A stretch of 64,000 nt of DNA, taken from contig JBDRCC010000001.1 of NCBI GenBank assembly GCA_043822065.1, forward strand, positions 19,332-83,331. Direction: 5' to 3'. The stretch is from an archaeon (GTDB lineage Archaea > Undinarchaeota > CAZHTU01 > JBDRCC01). Under the pieces are notes generated by a model. It saw nothing but the letters and a program-made list of their open reading frames with translations, was not told the origin of the DNA and searched no databases. Of the stretch, positions 36,088 through 44,741 are shown in pieces. Made by a program: the position numbers and the translations under genes. Within the stretch, counting starts at the first letter, position 1. Every line of letters starts with the position of its first letter.

Positions 36088-36156
36088 GGGCTATAAAAAG
36101 AATAGCATGGAGGGATAAACGTTAAATAAGCGCAGATACTTCTTACCTGCGGGGAC

Positions 36157-36795
36157 ATGGAAGTAAAGATTGCGCCATCGATTTTATCAGCGGATTTTGC
36201 AAGGCTAGAGGACGAGATAAAGCGCATCGAGGACGTGGCGGATTGGATTCATGTCGATGTGATGGACGGGCACTTTGTGCCGAACATATCAATCGGCGTA
36301 CCTGTGGTGCGGAGCGTAAGCAGGATTACCGACCTGCCGATTGACACCCACCTGATGATAAGCAACCCGATGGGCTTCCTAAAGCCGTTTTCGGAGGCGG
36401 GGTCGGACTACATATCCGTGCACGCGGAGGTGTGCAAGGACCTTTCAGAGCCGATAGCTGCTATACACGGGCTTGGCAGGAAGGCAGGGGTGGTATTCAA
36501 CCCCAATACGGGGGTCAAGCCGCTCTGGAATGTGATTGACGAGGTGGATTACGTGCTTGTTATGGCGGTCATGCCGGGCTTCTCCGGGCAGAAGTTCATG
36601 CCCGAGGTCCTGAAGAAGGTCGAGGAGATAAGGAACCGGTCCGACATCGACATCCAGGTGGACGGCGGGATAAATATTAATAATGCGAAGTCATGTGTAG
36701 AAGCTGGGGCAAACATTCTCGTTGCCGGAAACGCTGTCTTCAAGGCGGAGGACCCGCGGAAGGCGGTGTTAGAGCTTAAAGAGTGCGCTGAATGA
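36157..36795 (+). CDS. rpe: Ribulose-phosphate 3-epimerase
   Basis: IAPSILSADF, HVDVMDGHFVPN, PGFSGQKF, VDGGI. Confidence 0.96.
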   Translation: MEVKIAPSILSADFARLEDEIKRIEDVADWIHVDVMDGHFVPNISIGVPVVRSVSRITDLPIDTHLMISNPMGFLKPFSEAGSDYISVHAEVCKDLSEPIAAIHGLGRKAGVVFNPNTGVKPLWNVIDEVDYVLVMAVMPGFSGQKFMPEVLKKVEEIRNRSDIDIQVDGGININNAKSCVEAGANILVAGNAVFKAEDPRKAVLELKECAE

Positions 36796-37601
36796 GGGTT
36801 GAGGAACTCGAGATAAAGGCAAGAGAGATACGGCGCGACATCATCGGGATGCTCGCCGAAGCCGGCTCAGGCCACCCCGGCGGCTCGCTGTCAATAGCTG
36901 ATATTCTTACGGTTCTTTATTTCCACAAGATGCGCCACAGGCCGAAGGAGCCGAAGTGGCAGGACAGGGACAGGTTCGTCCTGAGCAAGGGGCACGGCGC
37001 GCCTGCGCTGTATGCCGTTCTTGCGGAGGCTGGCTATTTCCCGAAGGATGACTTGAAGACCCTGCGGAAGCTTGGCTCGCACCTCCAGGGGCACCCGGCC
37101 CAGCACAAGACGCCAGGCGTCGAGGCTTCGACCGGCTCGCTCGGGACTGGGTTGTCGCAGGCGTGCGGGATGGCGCTTGCCGGAAAGCTCGACAAAAAGG
37201 ATTATAGGGTTTATGCCGTGGTCGGGGACGGCGAATGCGACGAAGGGCAGATTTGGGAAGCCGCGATGTCGGCGGCGCACTACAAGCTCGACAATTTATG
37301 CGTTTTCCTTGACAGGAACTGCATCCAGCTTGACGGGTTCACGGACAAGGTGATGTGCCTGGGCGATATTTCTGCAAAGTGGAAGGCGTTCGGCTGGAAT
37401 GTCGTTGGGATTGACGGGCATGACGTCAGGCAGATAGTAAAGGCGCTCGATGATGCTGAAACGGTGAAGGGAAAGCCGACGATGATTGTTGCAAAGACTG
37501 TCAAGGGGAAGGGTGTCTCGTTCATGGAGAACAAACCCGAGTGGCACGGCGTAGCCCCGAACAAGGAGCAGACTGCAAAGGCGCTGGAGGATCTGAAATG
37601 A
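36792..37601 (+). CDS. Transketolase, N-terminal subunit
   Basis: SGHPGGSLS, DRFVLSKGH, TGSLG, GDGECDEG TPP motif. Confidence 0.95.
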   Translation: MRVEELEIKAREIRRDIIGMLAEAGSGHPGGSLSIADILTVLYFHKMRHRPKEPKWQDRDRFVLSKGHGAPALYAVLAEAGYFPKDDLKTLRKLGSHLQGHPAQHKTPGVEASTGSLGTGLSQACGMALAGKLDKKDYRVYAVVGDGECDEGQIWEAAMSAAHYKLDNLCVFLDRNCIQLDGFTDKVMCLGDISAKWKAFGWNVVGIDGHDVRQIVKALDDAETVKGKPTMIVAKTVKGKGVSFMENKPEWHGVAPNKEQTAKALEDLK

Positions 37602-38542
37602 AGGGCACGAAGACCTCTATCAGGGACGTCTACGGGGACACCCTCGTCGAGCTAGGGAAGTCAAACAGGGACATAGTCGTTCTTGACGCCGACCTTTCGT
37701 GCTCGACGAAGACTGAGAAGTTCGGAAAGGCTTACCCGGAGAGGTTCTTTAATATGGGAATCTCAGAGGCGAACATGATAGGATATGCCGCCGGGCTGAG
37801 CCTCTGCGGGAAGATACCGTTTGCCTCGTCTTTTGCAATGTTTGCGGCGGAGAAGTGCTTTGAGCAGATAAGGAACACCCTCTGCTATTCTAGCCTGAAT
37901 GTCAAAATAGTCGCGACGCATTCCGGGATAAGCGTCGGCCCTGACGGCGTGTCGCACCAGGCGATTGAGGACATCGGAATAATGCGCGGATTGCCGAACA
38001 TGAAAGTATGGGTGCCTGCGGACGGAATCCAGACGCGCGAGATGATACACGAGGCGGCTAAGGTCAAGGGTCCGCAGTACATCCGCTTAAGCAGGGTAAA
38101 GTTCCCTGATCTGTATGATGAGGGATACAAGCTGAAGGACAAATGTGATGTCCTAAGGGAAGGGAAAGACGTTACGATTATCGCCTGCGGGCTTGAGGTT
38201 TCAGAAGCCCTGAAAGCGGCTGACAAGCTCAAGGAAAAGAAAATAGACGCTGCCGTCCTGAACATGCACTCGATAAAGCCGCTGTGCGAAGGGTGCGCCG
38301 TGAAGTGGGCGAAGAAGACAGGACGGGTCGTGACTGCTGAGGAGCATAGCATAATAAACGGGCTCGGGAGCGCGGTTTCAGAGGTCCTTGCCGAAAAGTA
38401 TCCTGTGCCGGTCGGAAGGGTCGGGCTGAGGGACGCATTCGCAGAATCCGGCGAGCAGGAAGAGCTATTCAGGAAGTACGGGCTGGATTCTGACGCAATA
38501 GCTAAAAAGGTCGTCGAGATAATGAAGGCGGGGGAGAAATGA
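37598..38542 (+). CDS. Transketolase, C-terminal subunit
   Basis: DADL, GISEANM, DGVSHQ, EEH; ATG 37598 overlaps the upstream stop. Confidence 0.95.
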   Translation: MKGTKTSIRDVYGDTLVELGKSNRDIVVLDADLSCSTKTEKFGKAYPERFFNMGISEANMIGYAAGLSLCGKIPFASSFAMFAAEKCFEQIRNTLCYSSLNVKIVATHSGISVGPDGVSHQAIEDIGIMRGLPNMKVWVPADGIQTREMIHEAAKVKGPQYIRLSRVKFPDLYDEGYKLKDKCDVLREGKDVTIIACGLEVSEALKAADKLKEKKIDAAVLNMHSIKPLCEGCAVKWAKKTGRVVTAEEHSIINGLGSAVSEVLAEKYPVPVGRVGLRDAFAESGEQEELFRKYGLDSDAIAKKVVEIMKAGEK

Positions 38543-39186
38543 AGATATTCCTGGACACTGCAAACATAGACCAAATCCGCGAAATGGCTGCGCTCGGCAT
38601 GGTCGACGGCGTTACAACCAACCCGACGCTGATTGCGAAGGAAGGAGTCAACTACAAGAAGAGGCTTGCCGAGATTGCCAAGGTCGTGAAGGGCCCGATA
38701 TCCGCCGAGGCTGTTTCTGAGAAGGCGGAAGGCATGGTGAAAGAGGGGATTGAGTACTCAAAGATAGCGAAGAACATCATAATCAAGATAACGATGACCG
38801 AGGAGGGCATGAAGGCTGTAAGGGTGCTTGAGAAGCGCGGGATAAGGACGAACGTCACCCTTGTCTTCACCCCGAACCAGGCGCTTGTTGCCGCGAAGGC
38901 AGGGGCGAGCTACGTCAGCCCGTTTGTCGGGAGGCTAGACGACAGGGGCGAGGACGGGATGAAGGTCGTCGAGGACATCATGGAGATTCTCGGGAACTAC
39001 AGGTTCAAGACCCAGGTCATCGTCGCAAGCGTCAGGAACGCGGAGCACATGGTAAGGGCGGGCAGGTGCGGGGCGCCGATTGCAACCGTGCCGTACCAGA
39101 TACTCAAGGAGATGTTCAGGCACGAGCTGACCGACGCTGGCATAAAGAAATTTCTCGAAGACTGGGAGAAAGTAAAGAACAAATAA
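38539..39186 (+). CDS. Transaldolase (Fsa/TalC family)
   Basis: FLDTAN, GVTTNPTL, NVTLVF, YVSPFVGRLDD, ASVR. Confidence 0.93.
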   Translation: MKIFLDTANIDQIREMAALGMVDGVTTNPTLIAKEGVNYKKRLAEIAKVVKGPISAEAVSEKAEGMVKEGIEYSKIAKNIIIKITMTEEGMKAVRVLEKRGIRTNVTLVFTPNQALVAAKAGASYVSPFVGRLDDRGEDGMKVVEDIMEILGNYRFKTQVIVASVRNAEHMVRAGRCGAPIATVPYQILKEMFRHELTDAGIKKFLEDWEKVKNK

Positions 39187-40124
39187 TGTACGGAATTCTG
39201 CTGGAAAAGGTGCATCCCGAGCTTCCTTTAGCTGAGGTAATAGCCCTGTGCGAAACCTGCGGATGCAGCGTCGTTGGCAGGGCGGACGACCTAGTTCTTG
39301 TAGATGGAAAGCTTGACTGGGGGCGGCTCGCGCTTAGCAAGCGGGTTTTCAAGATTGAGTATGTTGGCTCGGAGCGGCTTGAGGGCTTTAAGCGGATGCG
39401 GGCGGACAACTTTGCAGTAAGGACTGGCAAAAAGGCGCTTGACATCGAGATTGCAAAGAAAATAAAGGGAACGGTCAACCTCGGGAGCCCGAAGATGGTT
39501 TTCATAGGGGTGAAAAAGCGGAAGTTTTATTTTGGCAGGCAGGTGTTCGAGAGGGGAAGCTTTGAGTCGAGAAAGGGCAGGTACAGGGAGTACTCGAAGC
39601 CAATTTCAATCCACCCGAAGTTTGCAAGGTGCCTTGTCAATTTGGCAAGGGTAAGAACCGGGCAGAGGATTCTTGACCCGTTCTGCGGCACTGGCGGAAT
39701 CCTGATTGAGGCGTCGATGATGGGGCTGAAGGCTGTCGGGTACGATATCGACCCTGAGATGGTCGAGGGCACCAAGACAAACCTCAGAGGCCTTGGGCTA
39801 AAAGGCGTGGTGCTGCGGGGGGACGCCCGCAGGCTGACGGCTCCAAAAGTCAACGCAATTGTGACCGATCCGCCATACGGGAGGTCTTCGAGCTTCACTG
39901 GAAGCGAGCTAAAAGACCTGTACCGGGACTCCCTGAAGAATATGGCTGGGCTGCTGAAGAATGGGGGGTATCTCGCGATAATCTGCCCTGCGGAGATTGA
40001 GCTTGAGAAGATTGCGCCGCCGGGGCTGAAACTTGCAGAAAAATACTACCAGCGGGTGCACAAGAGCCTGGCTAAGAATTTCTACGTCTTTAGAGCAAGT
40101 AGTAGGCTGCAAAAGCCGCCATAG
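39186..40124 (+). CDS. THUMP-type tRNA (guanine-N2) methyltransferase, Trm11-like
   Basis: ARCLVNLA, LDPFCGTGGILIEA, TDPPYGR, RVHKSL; start ATG 39186. Confidence 0.85.
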   Translation: MYGILLEKVHPELPLAEVIALCETCGCSVVGRADDLVLVDGKLDWGRLALSKRVFKIEYVGSERLEGFKRMRADNFAVRTGKKALDIEIAKKIKGTVNLGSPKMVFIGVKKRKFYFGRQVFERGSFESRKGRYREYSKPISIHPKFARCLVNLARVRTGQRILDPFCGTGGILIEASMMGLKAVGYDIDPEMVEGTKTNLRGLGLKGVVLRGDARRLTAPKVNAIVTDPPYGRSSSFTGSELKDLYRDSLKNMAGLLKNGGYLAIICPAEIELEKIAPPGLKLAEKYYQRVHKSLAKNFYVFRASSRLQKPP

Positions 40125-40665
40125 GGACTGCCGTGTTTATTAAGGGGTAGAAGACCCAAACGGTGATAATGCTTTTTATGTAGCCGATGGGCATGGTGAC
40201 CCCGAGATATAAGCGCGGGAGGTAGAGGATTGACTGCTCGATGACGACTGCTATGGCGACGAGCTTGACAAGGTTCCCATAGTGGTGGGTCAGAAAGACA
40301 AACGCGTAGACGGCAACTATCCATCCTATGAACCGCAGGAGGCACTTCAGGCCGTCGTCGACGTTGTTAAGCTGTATCCACCTTGCAACGTAGATGTTCA
40401 GGAATATGATTGGAATCGCCCATTTCGGCCCGAACCAAAAGGCGATGTAATATGGCGTATATGTCTGGATGTCTATGGTGTGCGGGAGCTCGGGTATCTG
40501 CATTAGATAGCACTTCGTAGTTAGCCCAAGCCAGACAAGAAATGCGCCCACGCCCCACCTTGTGTCCCACATAGAGGCTGCGAGGAAGAGGCAGACTGCA
40601 GTAATCCCAAAGTAGAGCCTCTCGGAGGTCTTGTTTTGGGACCATATTGAGACTGGGAATTTCAT
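40090..40665 (-). CDS. Hypothetical membrane protein
   Basis: 191-aa hydrophobic ORF filling the gap between two + strand genes. Confidence 0.6.
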   Translation of the reverse strand: MKFPVSIWSQNKTSERLYFGITAVCLFLAASMWDTRWGVGAFLVWLGLTTKCYLMQIPELPHTIDIQTYTPYYIAFWFGPKWAIPIIFLNIYVARWIQLNNVDDGLKCLLRFIGWIVAVYAFVFLTHHYGNLVKLVAIAVVIEQSILYLPRLYLGVTMPIGYIKSIITVWVFYPLINTAVPMAAFAAYYLL

Positions 40666-40758
40666 ATTCTCCCGGAGTATGCTTAAGCCGGCAATCAGCT
40701 TAAACCCTGTGGCTGGAGCATAGAAGCCTATAAAAGTGAAAAACGGCTAAAAAAGCCC

Positions 40759-41661
40759 ATGTTTGAGGTATTCTTTCTCGGCACCGGGGCTGCAATCCCA
40801 TCGAAGGACAGGGGGCACACGACCATCGCTGTCAGGCGGAACGGCGAGATAACCCTCCTTGACTGCGGCGAGGGCGCACAGCGCGAGATGATAAAAAACG
40901 GCCTGAGCATCATGAAGGTCAGGCGCATACTCATAACCCACCTGCACGCGGACCATGCCGCCGGGCTTTTTTCCCTCCCGCAGAGCCTTTACCTGCTGAA
41001 CAGGCGGGAGCCGCTCGACATCTACGGGCCGAAGGGCATAAAGTCGATGGGAACTGCATTCGAGAAGTTCTTCTTCTTTGAGCCGGACTATGCGATAAGG
41101 TACCACGAGCTGCCGGAGGAAGAGGCGCTTGTCTATTCCGACAGCGAGATTGAAATCAGGTCGGTCGGCGTCGAGCACAGCCTCCCGACGGTTGCATATT
41201 CCATAAGGGAGAAAGACAGGCTGCACCTGGACGCCAAGAAGGCGAACGGGCTTGGGGTGAAGCCTGGGCCGCTGAGGAAAAATCTGACGGACGGGAAGGA
41301 CATAGTGGTCAACGGGAAAAAGGTAAGGTCGAAGGACGTGACCAAGCTTGAGAAGGGGCTGAAGATTTCGTATTCCGGGGACACCGCGCCCTGCCAGTCA
41401 TTCAAGAAGCTTGCAAGGGATTCGGACCTGCTTATCCACGAGGCGACTTTCAGGGCGGAGAAGGAGGCAGAGTCCAAGGAGTACGGGCATTCGACTTCGG
41501 TCGGCGCGGCAAAGGTCGCGAAGGAGACGAATTCGAAAAAGCTTGCCCTTGTGCACATCAGCCCCAGGTACGAGGAGCCCAAAGAGCTGGAGAAAGAGGC
41601 GAAAGCGGTGTTCAGGAACACGGTTGCCTCCAAAGACGGCATGAAGCTTGTGCTAAAATGA
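40759..41661 (+). CDS. rnz: Ribonuclease Z
   Basis: FLGTG, DCGEG, THLHADH, GP exosite, SGDT, HEATF, GHST, HISPRY. Confidence 0.95.
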   Translation: MFEVFFLGTGAAIPSKDRGHTTIAVRRNGEITLLDCGEGAQREMIKNGLSIMKVRRILITHLHADHAAGLFSLPQSLYLLNRREPLDIYGPKGIKSMGTAFEKFFFFEPDYAIRYHELPEEEALVYSDSEIEIRSVGVEHSLPTVAYSIREKDRLHLDAKKANGLGVKPGPLRKNLTDGKDIVVNGKKVRSKDVTKLEKGLKISYSGDTAPCQSFKKLARDSDLLIHEATFRAEKEAESKEYGHSTSVGAAKVAKETNSKKLALVHISPRYEEPKELEKEAKAVFRNTVASKDGMKLVLK

Positions 41662-41684
41662 AGCCGGAGCTTGAGGAAGAGTGA
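41658..41684 (+). pseudogene. Probable remnant of the original tyw1 5' end (MKPELEEE*)
   Basis: ATG overlaps the rnz stop (ATGA), has host-like codons, and resembles ELQEA at the start of the current Tyw1. Confidence 0.5.
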
Positions 41685-41762
41685 GTTTTCCTAAAGTATT
41701 ACTGGCAATCTACTATCTCGAGACGTGTATAACTCATGAAACAAAAGAGTTATTAAAAGCTT

Positions 41763-43148
41763 ATGAGATATCCCATTCAGTTCGTTGCAAAAATATGTTA
41801 CGATAAGAGGTCGCACTACTGCGTTGTTATGCCAAAGAAATTATGTGTAGACAACTCTCTGCACTCCGGTGACATTCTTAAGCTGAGAATCGGTGAAAAG
41901 ACTATATTTGTAAAGTTAAAAAGACGGTGCAAATCACTTACATTTACTATTAGCGCTAAGATAGGTAGAATGTTTGATACAAAGGAAAATGTTACAATTA
42001 TGGAAAAGTTGGAACTTAGAAAACCTGATAGTGAGGATATTGTTTTTGAAGGGGGTAATGTAGACCTTTATAGGTCACTGCCAATATACTCCACTAGAGC
42101 TAAATTAGAATGGAATTACTGTTTATTGGACGATTCTCTACTACTATGCATAGAACCTAAACATGTACGCGGAACGGAATTTAAATACATAATAGTTCCT
42201 CAGTACCTTGATGTCGAAAAGCTAGGTTTGATGTGTGGGTTGATCTTTTCTGATGGTTTCAAAAAATTTGGCTTTGAGGATTTCTATGGTGAAAAATGTA
42301 AGACTACTACTACGTTTCAATTCACCAATGGAGATCCTTGTGTAATAAAATTATTTACGACATTAACGAGAGATTTACTCGAGATAGAACCATCTGAGTA
42401 CAACGGAAATTTGTCATTTCCGCAGAAACTTTCTGAAGAGAAGACAGATAAAATTAGAAGATTCTGGGAAGATTCTTATGGTGTTAGGATTAAGTTAATA
42501 TCTTTTAGAGATACTAAGAATAATAAGTGTCCGTGGGGGATAGCTACTATTAGGATACATAAAATGGTATTGGCAGAATTCGTCGTGAGTCTGCTCAGAA
42601 AATTGTTGAAGTGGACACTCTGCTCTCAAGACAAATTGGCGTACATTTTTAAGAAAGAGTTTATCAGAGGCGCATTAATAGGTGATGGCTCACCGATACT
42701 CGACAAAGGTGTATTGAGACGGTATATGATAAGTATCGAAACTAAAAAAGAGGGCGAACTTTACGTAGAACTGCTGAATTCTCTTGGAATAGAATCTCGG
42801 CTGTTATGGACGAAAGATGAGAAGGTAGCACCATATTTGAGGAAGGTTGATCTGCGAGGAGAATATAAATTCCTAGAAAAAATAGTTTATGCCTTTCCGC
42901 TTGGCATATTTATTAACGGCGACTTTTTAGGGTCTTTAGAGAAAGAACTAAAAGCGCTTCATGGATTGTTTCGACATTCTAAGTGCCATGTTAAAGATCA
43001 CAAAAAGTTAATAGACCTTGCTGAGAAGATAGATGTGAGGTTTAAAGCTGATTTATATAAACTTAAAGAAGCTGGTATTCAACTCCCAAAAGTTTATGAG
43101 GAGTACTGCCTAAATAGAATACCATTGCCTATCAAAAGTAGAAAATAA
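41763..43148 (+). CDS. Free-standing double-motif LAGLIDADG homing endonuclease with AbrB-like N-terminus
   Basis: LMCGLIFSDG and FIRGALIGDGS motifs, FTNGD; N-terminal VVMPKKL...LHSGDIL; AT-rich; no intein Cys1/His-Asn ends. Confidence 0.75.
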   Translation: MRYPIQFVAKICYDKRSHYCVVMPKKLCVDNSLHSGDILKLRIGEKTIFVKLKRRCKSLTFTISAKIGRMFDTKENVTIMEKLELRKPDSEDIVFEGGNVDLYRSLPIYSTRAKLEWNYCLLDDSLLLCIEPKHVRGTEFKYIIVPQYLDVEKLGLMCGLIFSDGFKKFGFEDFYGEKCKTTTTFQFTNGDPCVIKLFTTLTRDLLEIEPSEYNGNLSFPQKLSEEKTDKIRRFWEDSYGVRIKLISFRDTKNNKCPWGIATIRIHKMVLAEFVVSLLRKLLKWTLCSQDKLAYIFKKEFIRGALIGDGSPILDKGVLRRYMISIETKKEGELYVELLNSLGIESRLLWTKDEKVAPYLRKVDLRGEYKFLEKIVYAFPLGIFINGDFLGSLEKELKALHGLFRHSKCHVKDHKKLIDLAEKIDVRFKADLYKLKEAGIQLPKVYEEYCLNRIPLPIKSRK

Positions 43149-43151
43149 GAG

Positions 43152-44075
43152 ATGTATAAAAGTTTTGCTGGAGAGTTACAAGAAGCATTGAAAAAGCAAC
43201 ACTATGGTATATTCGGTAAACATTCTGCCGTAAAAGTTTGCGAATGGACGAAAAAAAGTTTGACGGAGAATAATGTATGTTATAAAGAATCCTTCTATAA
43301 AATAAAGAGCCACCAGTGCATGGAGATGACTCCTGCCGCCGGCTTCTGCAACTTCAGGTGCACGTACTGCTGGAGGAAGCACGAGCTGAACCAAGGTGCA
43401 GATATGGAGGGGATTAAGATAGACGAGCCGGCTGGCATTATTGACGGCCTTGTCCAGGAGCGGAAAAAGCTGCTTATCGGGTTCAAGGGGAATGATAAGG
43501 TTGACCAAAAAAAGCTGCAGGAGGCGATGAGCCCGAAGCACGCCGCGATTTCGCTGACGGGGGAGCCTACGCTTTACCCGAAGATTGGGGAGATGATTGA
43601 TGAGTTCCATAAGAGGAAGATGACGACGTATTTGGTTACGAACTGCTCGCGGCCGGATGTGCTTGAAAAAATACCGGAGCCGACCCAGCTGTACCTGAGC
43701 GTGACATCGCCGACTGAGGAGGCATTCAAGCGGATTAATGTTCCGCTGGAACGGGGCGCCTGGAGTAAGGTGCAAAAGACGCTGGAGCTTGTGCCGAGCT
43801 TCTCATGCCCGACCGTGATGCGGCTGACCATGATTGCAGGGCACAACATGGGCTTGGGCAGGGAGTTCGCGAAGGTCGTCAGCAGGGCTCAGCCGAGGTA
43901 TGTGGAGGTAAAAAGCTTTATGCTGATTGGCGGGGCGAGGCACAGGAACCTGACCCTGGACAACATGCCGAAGCATGAGGAGCTCAGGGAATTCTCAAGG
44001 AAGCTTGCGGAAGAGACATCATATAGTATTAAGGACGAAAAGGCAGACTCGAGAGTAGTGCTACTTAGCAAGTGA
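43152..44075 (+). CDS. tyw1: 4-demethylwyosine synthase (radical SAM)
   Basis: HSAVKVCEWTKKSL, CYKESFY, SHQCMEMTP, CNFRCTYCWR, HAAISLTGEPTLYP, YVEVK, SRVVLL. Confidence 0.93.
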   Translation: MYKSFAGELQEALKKQHYGIFGKHSAVKVCEWTKKSLTENNVCYKESFYKIKSHQCMEMTPAAGFCNFRCTYCWRKHELNQGADMEGIKIDEPAGIIDGLVQERKKLLIGFKGNDKVDQKKLQEAMSPKHAAISLTGEPTLYPKIGEMIDEFHKRKMTTYLVTNCSRPDVLEKIPEPTQLYLSVTSPTEEAFKRINVPLERGAWSKVQKTLELVPSFSCPTVMRLTMIAGHNMGLGREFAKVVSRAQPRYVEVKSFMLIGGARHRNLTLDNMPKHEELREFSRKLAEETSYSIKDEKADSRVVLLSK

Positions 44076-44098
44076 GCAGCTGGGGCTGCCAGATTTTT

Positions 44099-44216
44099 TG
44101 GTGTATGTTTGGTGTAGGTTGGTGTATGTTCACCTACACCAGCATTTTACCTACACCAACCTATTTTTCAGGATATGGGGGTGTAGTTTGTGTAGTTAGT
44201 GCAGTTAGTGTAGTTA
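44099..44216. repeat. Cluster of short GTGTAG-core direct and inverted repeats
   Basis: TGGTGTA(T/G)GTT x3 (44099-44130), inverted ACCTACACCA x2 (44132-44158), GTG(T/C)AGTT(T/A) x4 (44181-44216). Confidence 0.8.
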
Positions 44217-44741
44217 TGCGCCTTTAAGCCCCTATAGTGCTATAGTGCAGTAGCGATTTCTTGCTGCGGCACGCCAGCCAAACGCCCGGTCCGGGCGCCA
44301 TTTGCCGGCTTGGCTGCGCAGGTGCGGAAACGCCTATCATGCGGGCGCAGCCCGCATGAACGTCCCCCCCGATAATATGGGGAGCTTTGCTCCCCTAGAT
44401 TTGATTGTTAGGCTCGCGGCGCGCGCGGCCAGGCGGGCGCTGGCGCTTATGAAAAACCTGGGAATTTGGCGCCCGAAGCGCGCTTTTGGAAGCCGGGCGG
44501 AAGGTGCAAATACAATTTTACGTAAATATATTTACGGAAGAAAATTAACAACGAAATAATTAGGTGGATTTTGTCAGATCGATGTCGCCTCTTCATCGCC
44601 CGAAGATGCAGCAGGCATGATGGGCATCAGTGGGTGTACACGTCGTCATCCAAAACCCATTATGTTTTGTTTTGTGCCTATTTAAGGATTTAGAGCGGGC
44701 ATGGGATATCTATTTTAGCTGGTTCCGACTAAAGTTTCCCG

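Noticed and set aside
41682-41732. TGA readthrough or selenocysteine joining MKPELEEE to downstream sequence
   Set aside because: The frame hits TAA 16 codons later and does not reach the endonuclease or tyw1.
41763-43148. Intein or BHB intron interpretation of the LAGLIDADG ORF
   Set aside because: It has its own start and stop, lacks Cys/Ser1 and His-Asn splice residues, and I found no convincing BHB pairing at the junctions.
44099-44216. Possible CRISPR array
   Set aside because: Repeats are only 9-11 bp, mostly abutting, with no unique spacers and no cas genes.
44302-44559. 85-aa ORF in the structured intergenic region
   Set aside because: TTG start, Ala/Arg-rich translation of GC hairpins, no recognisable motif.
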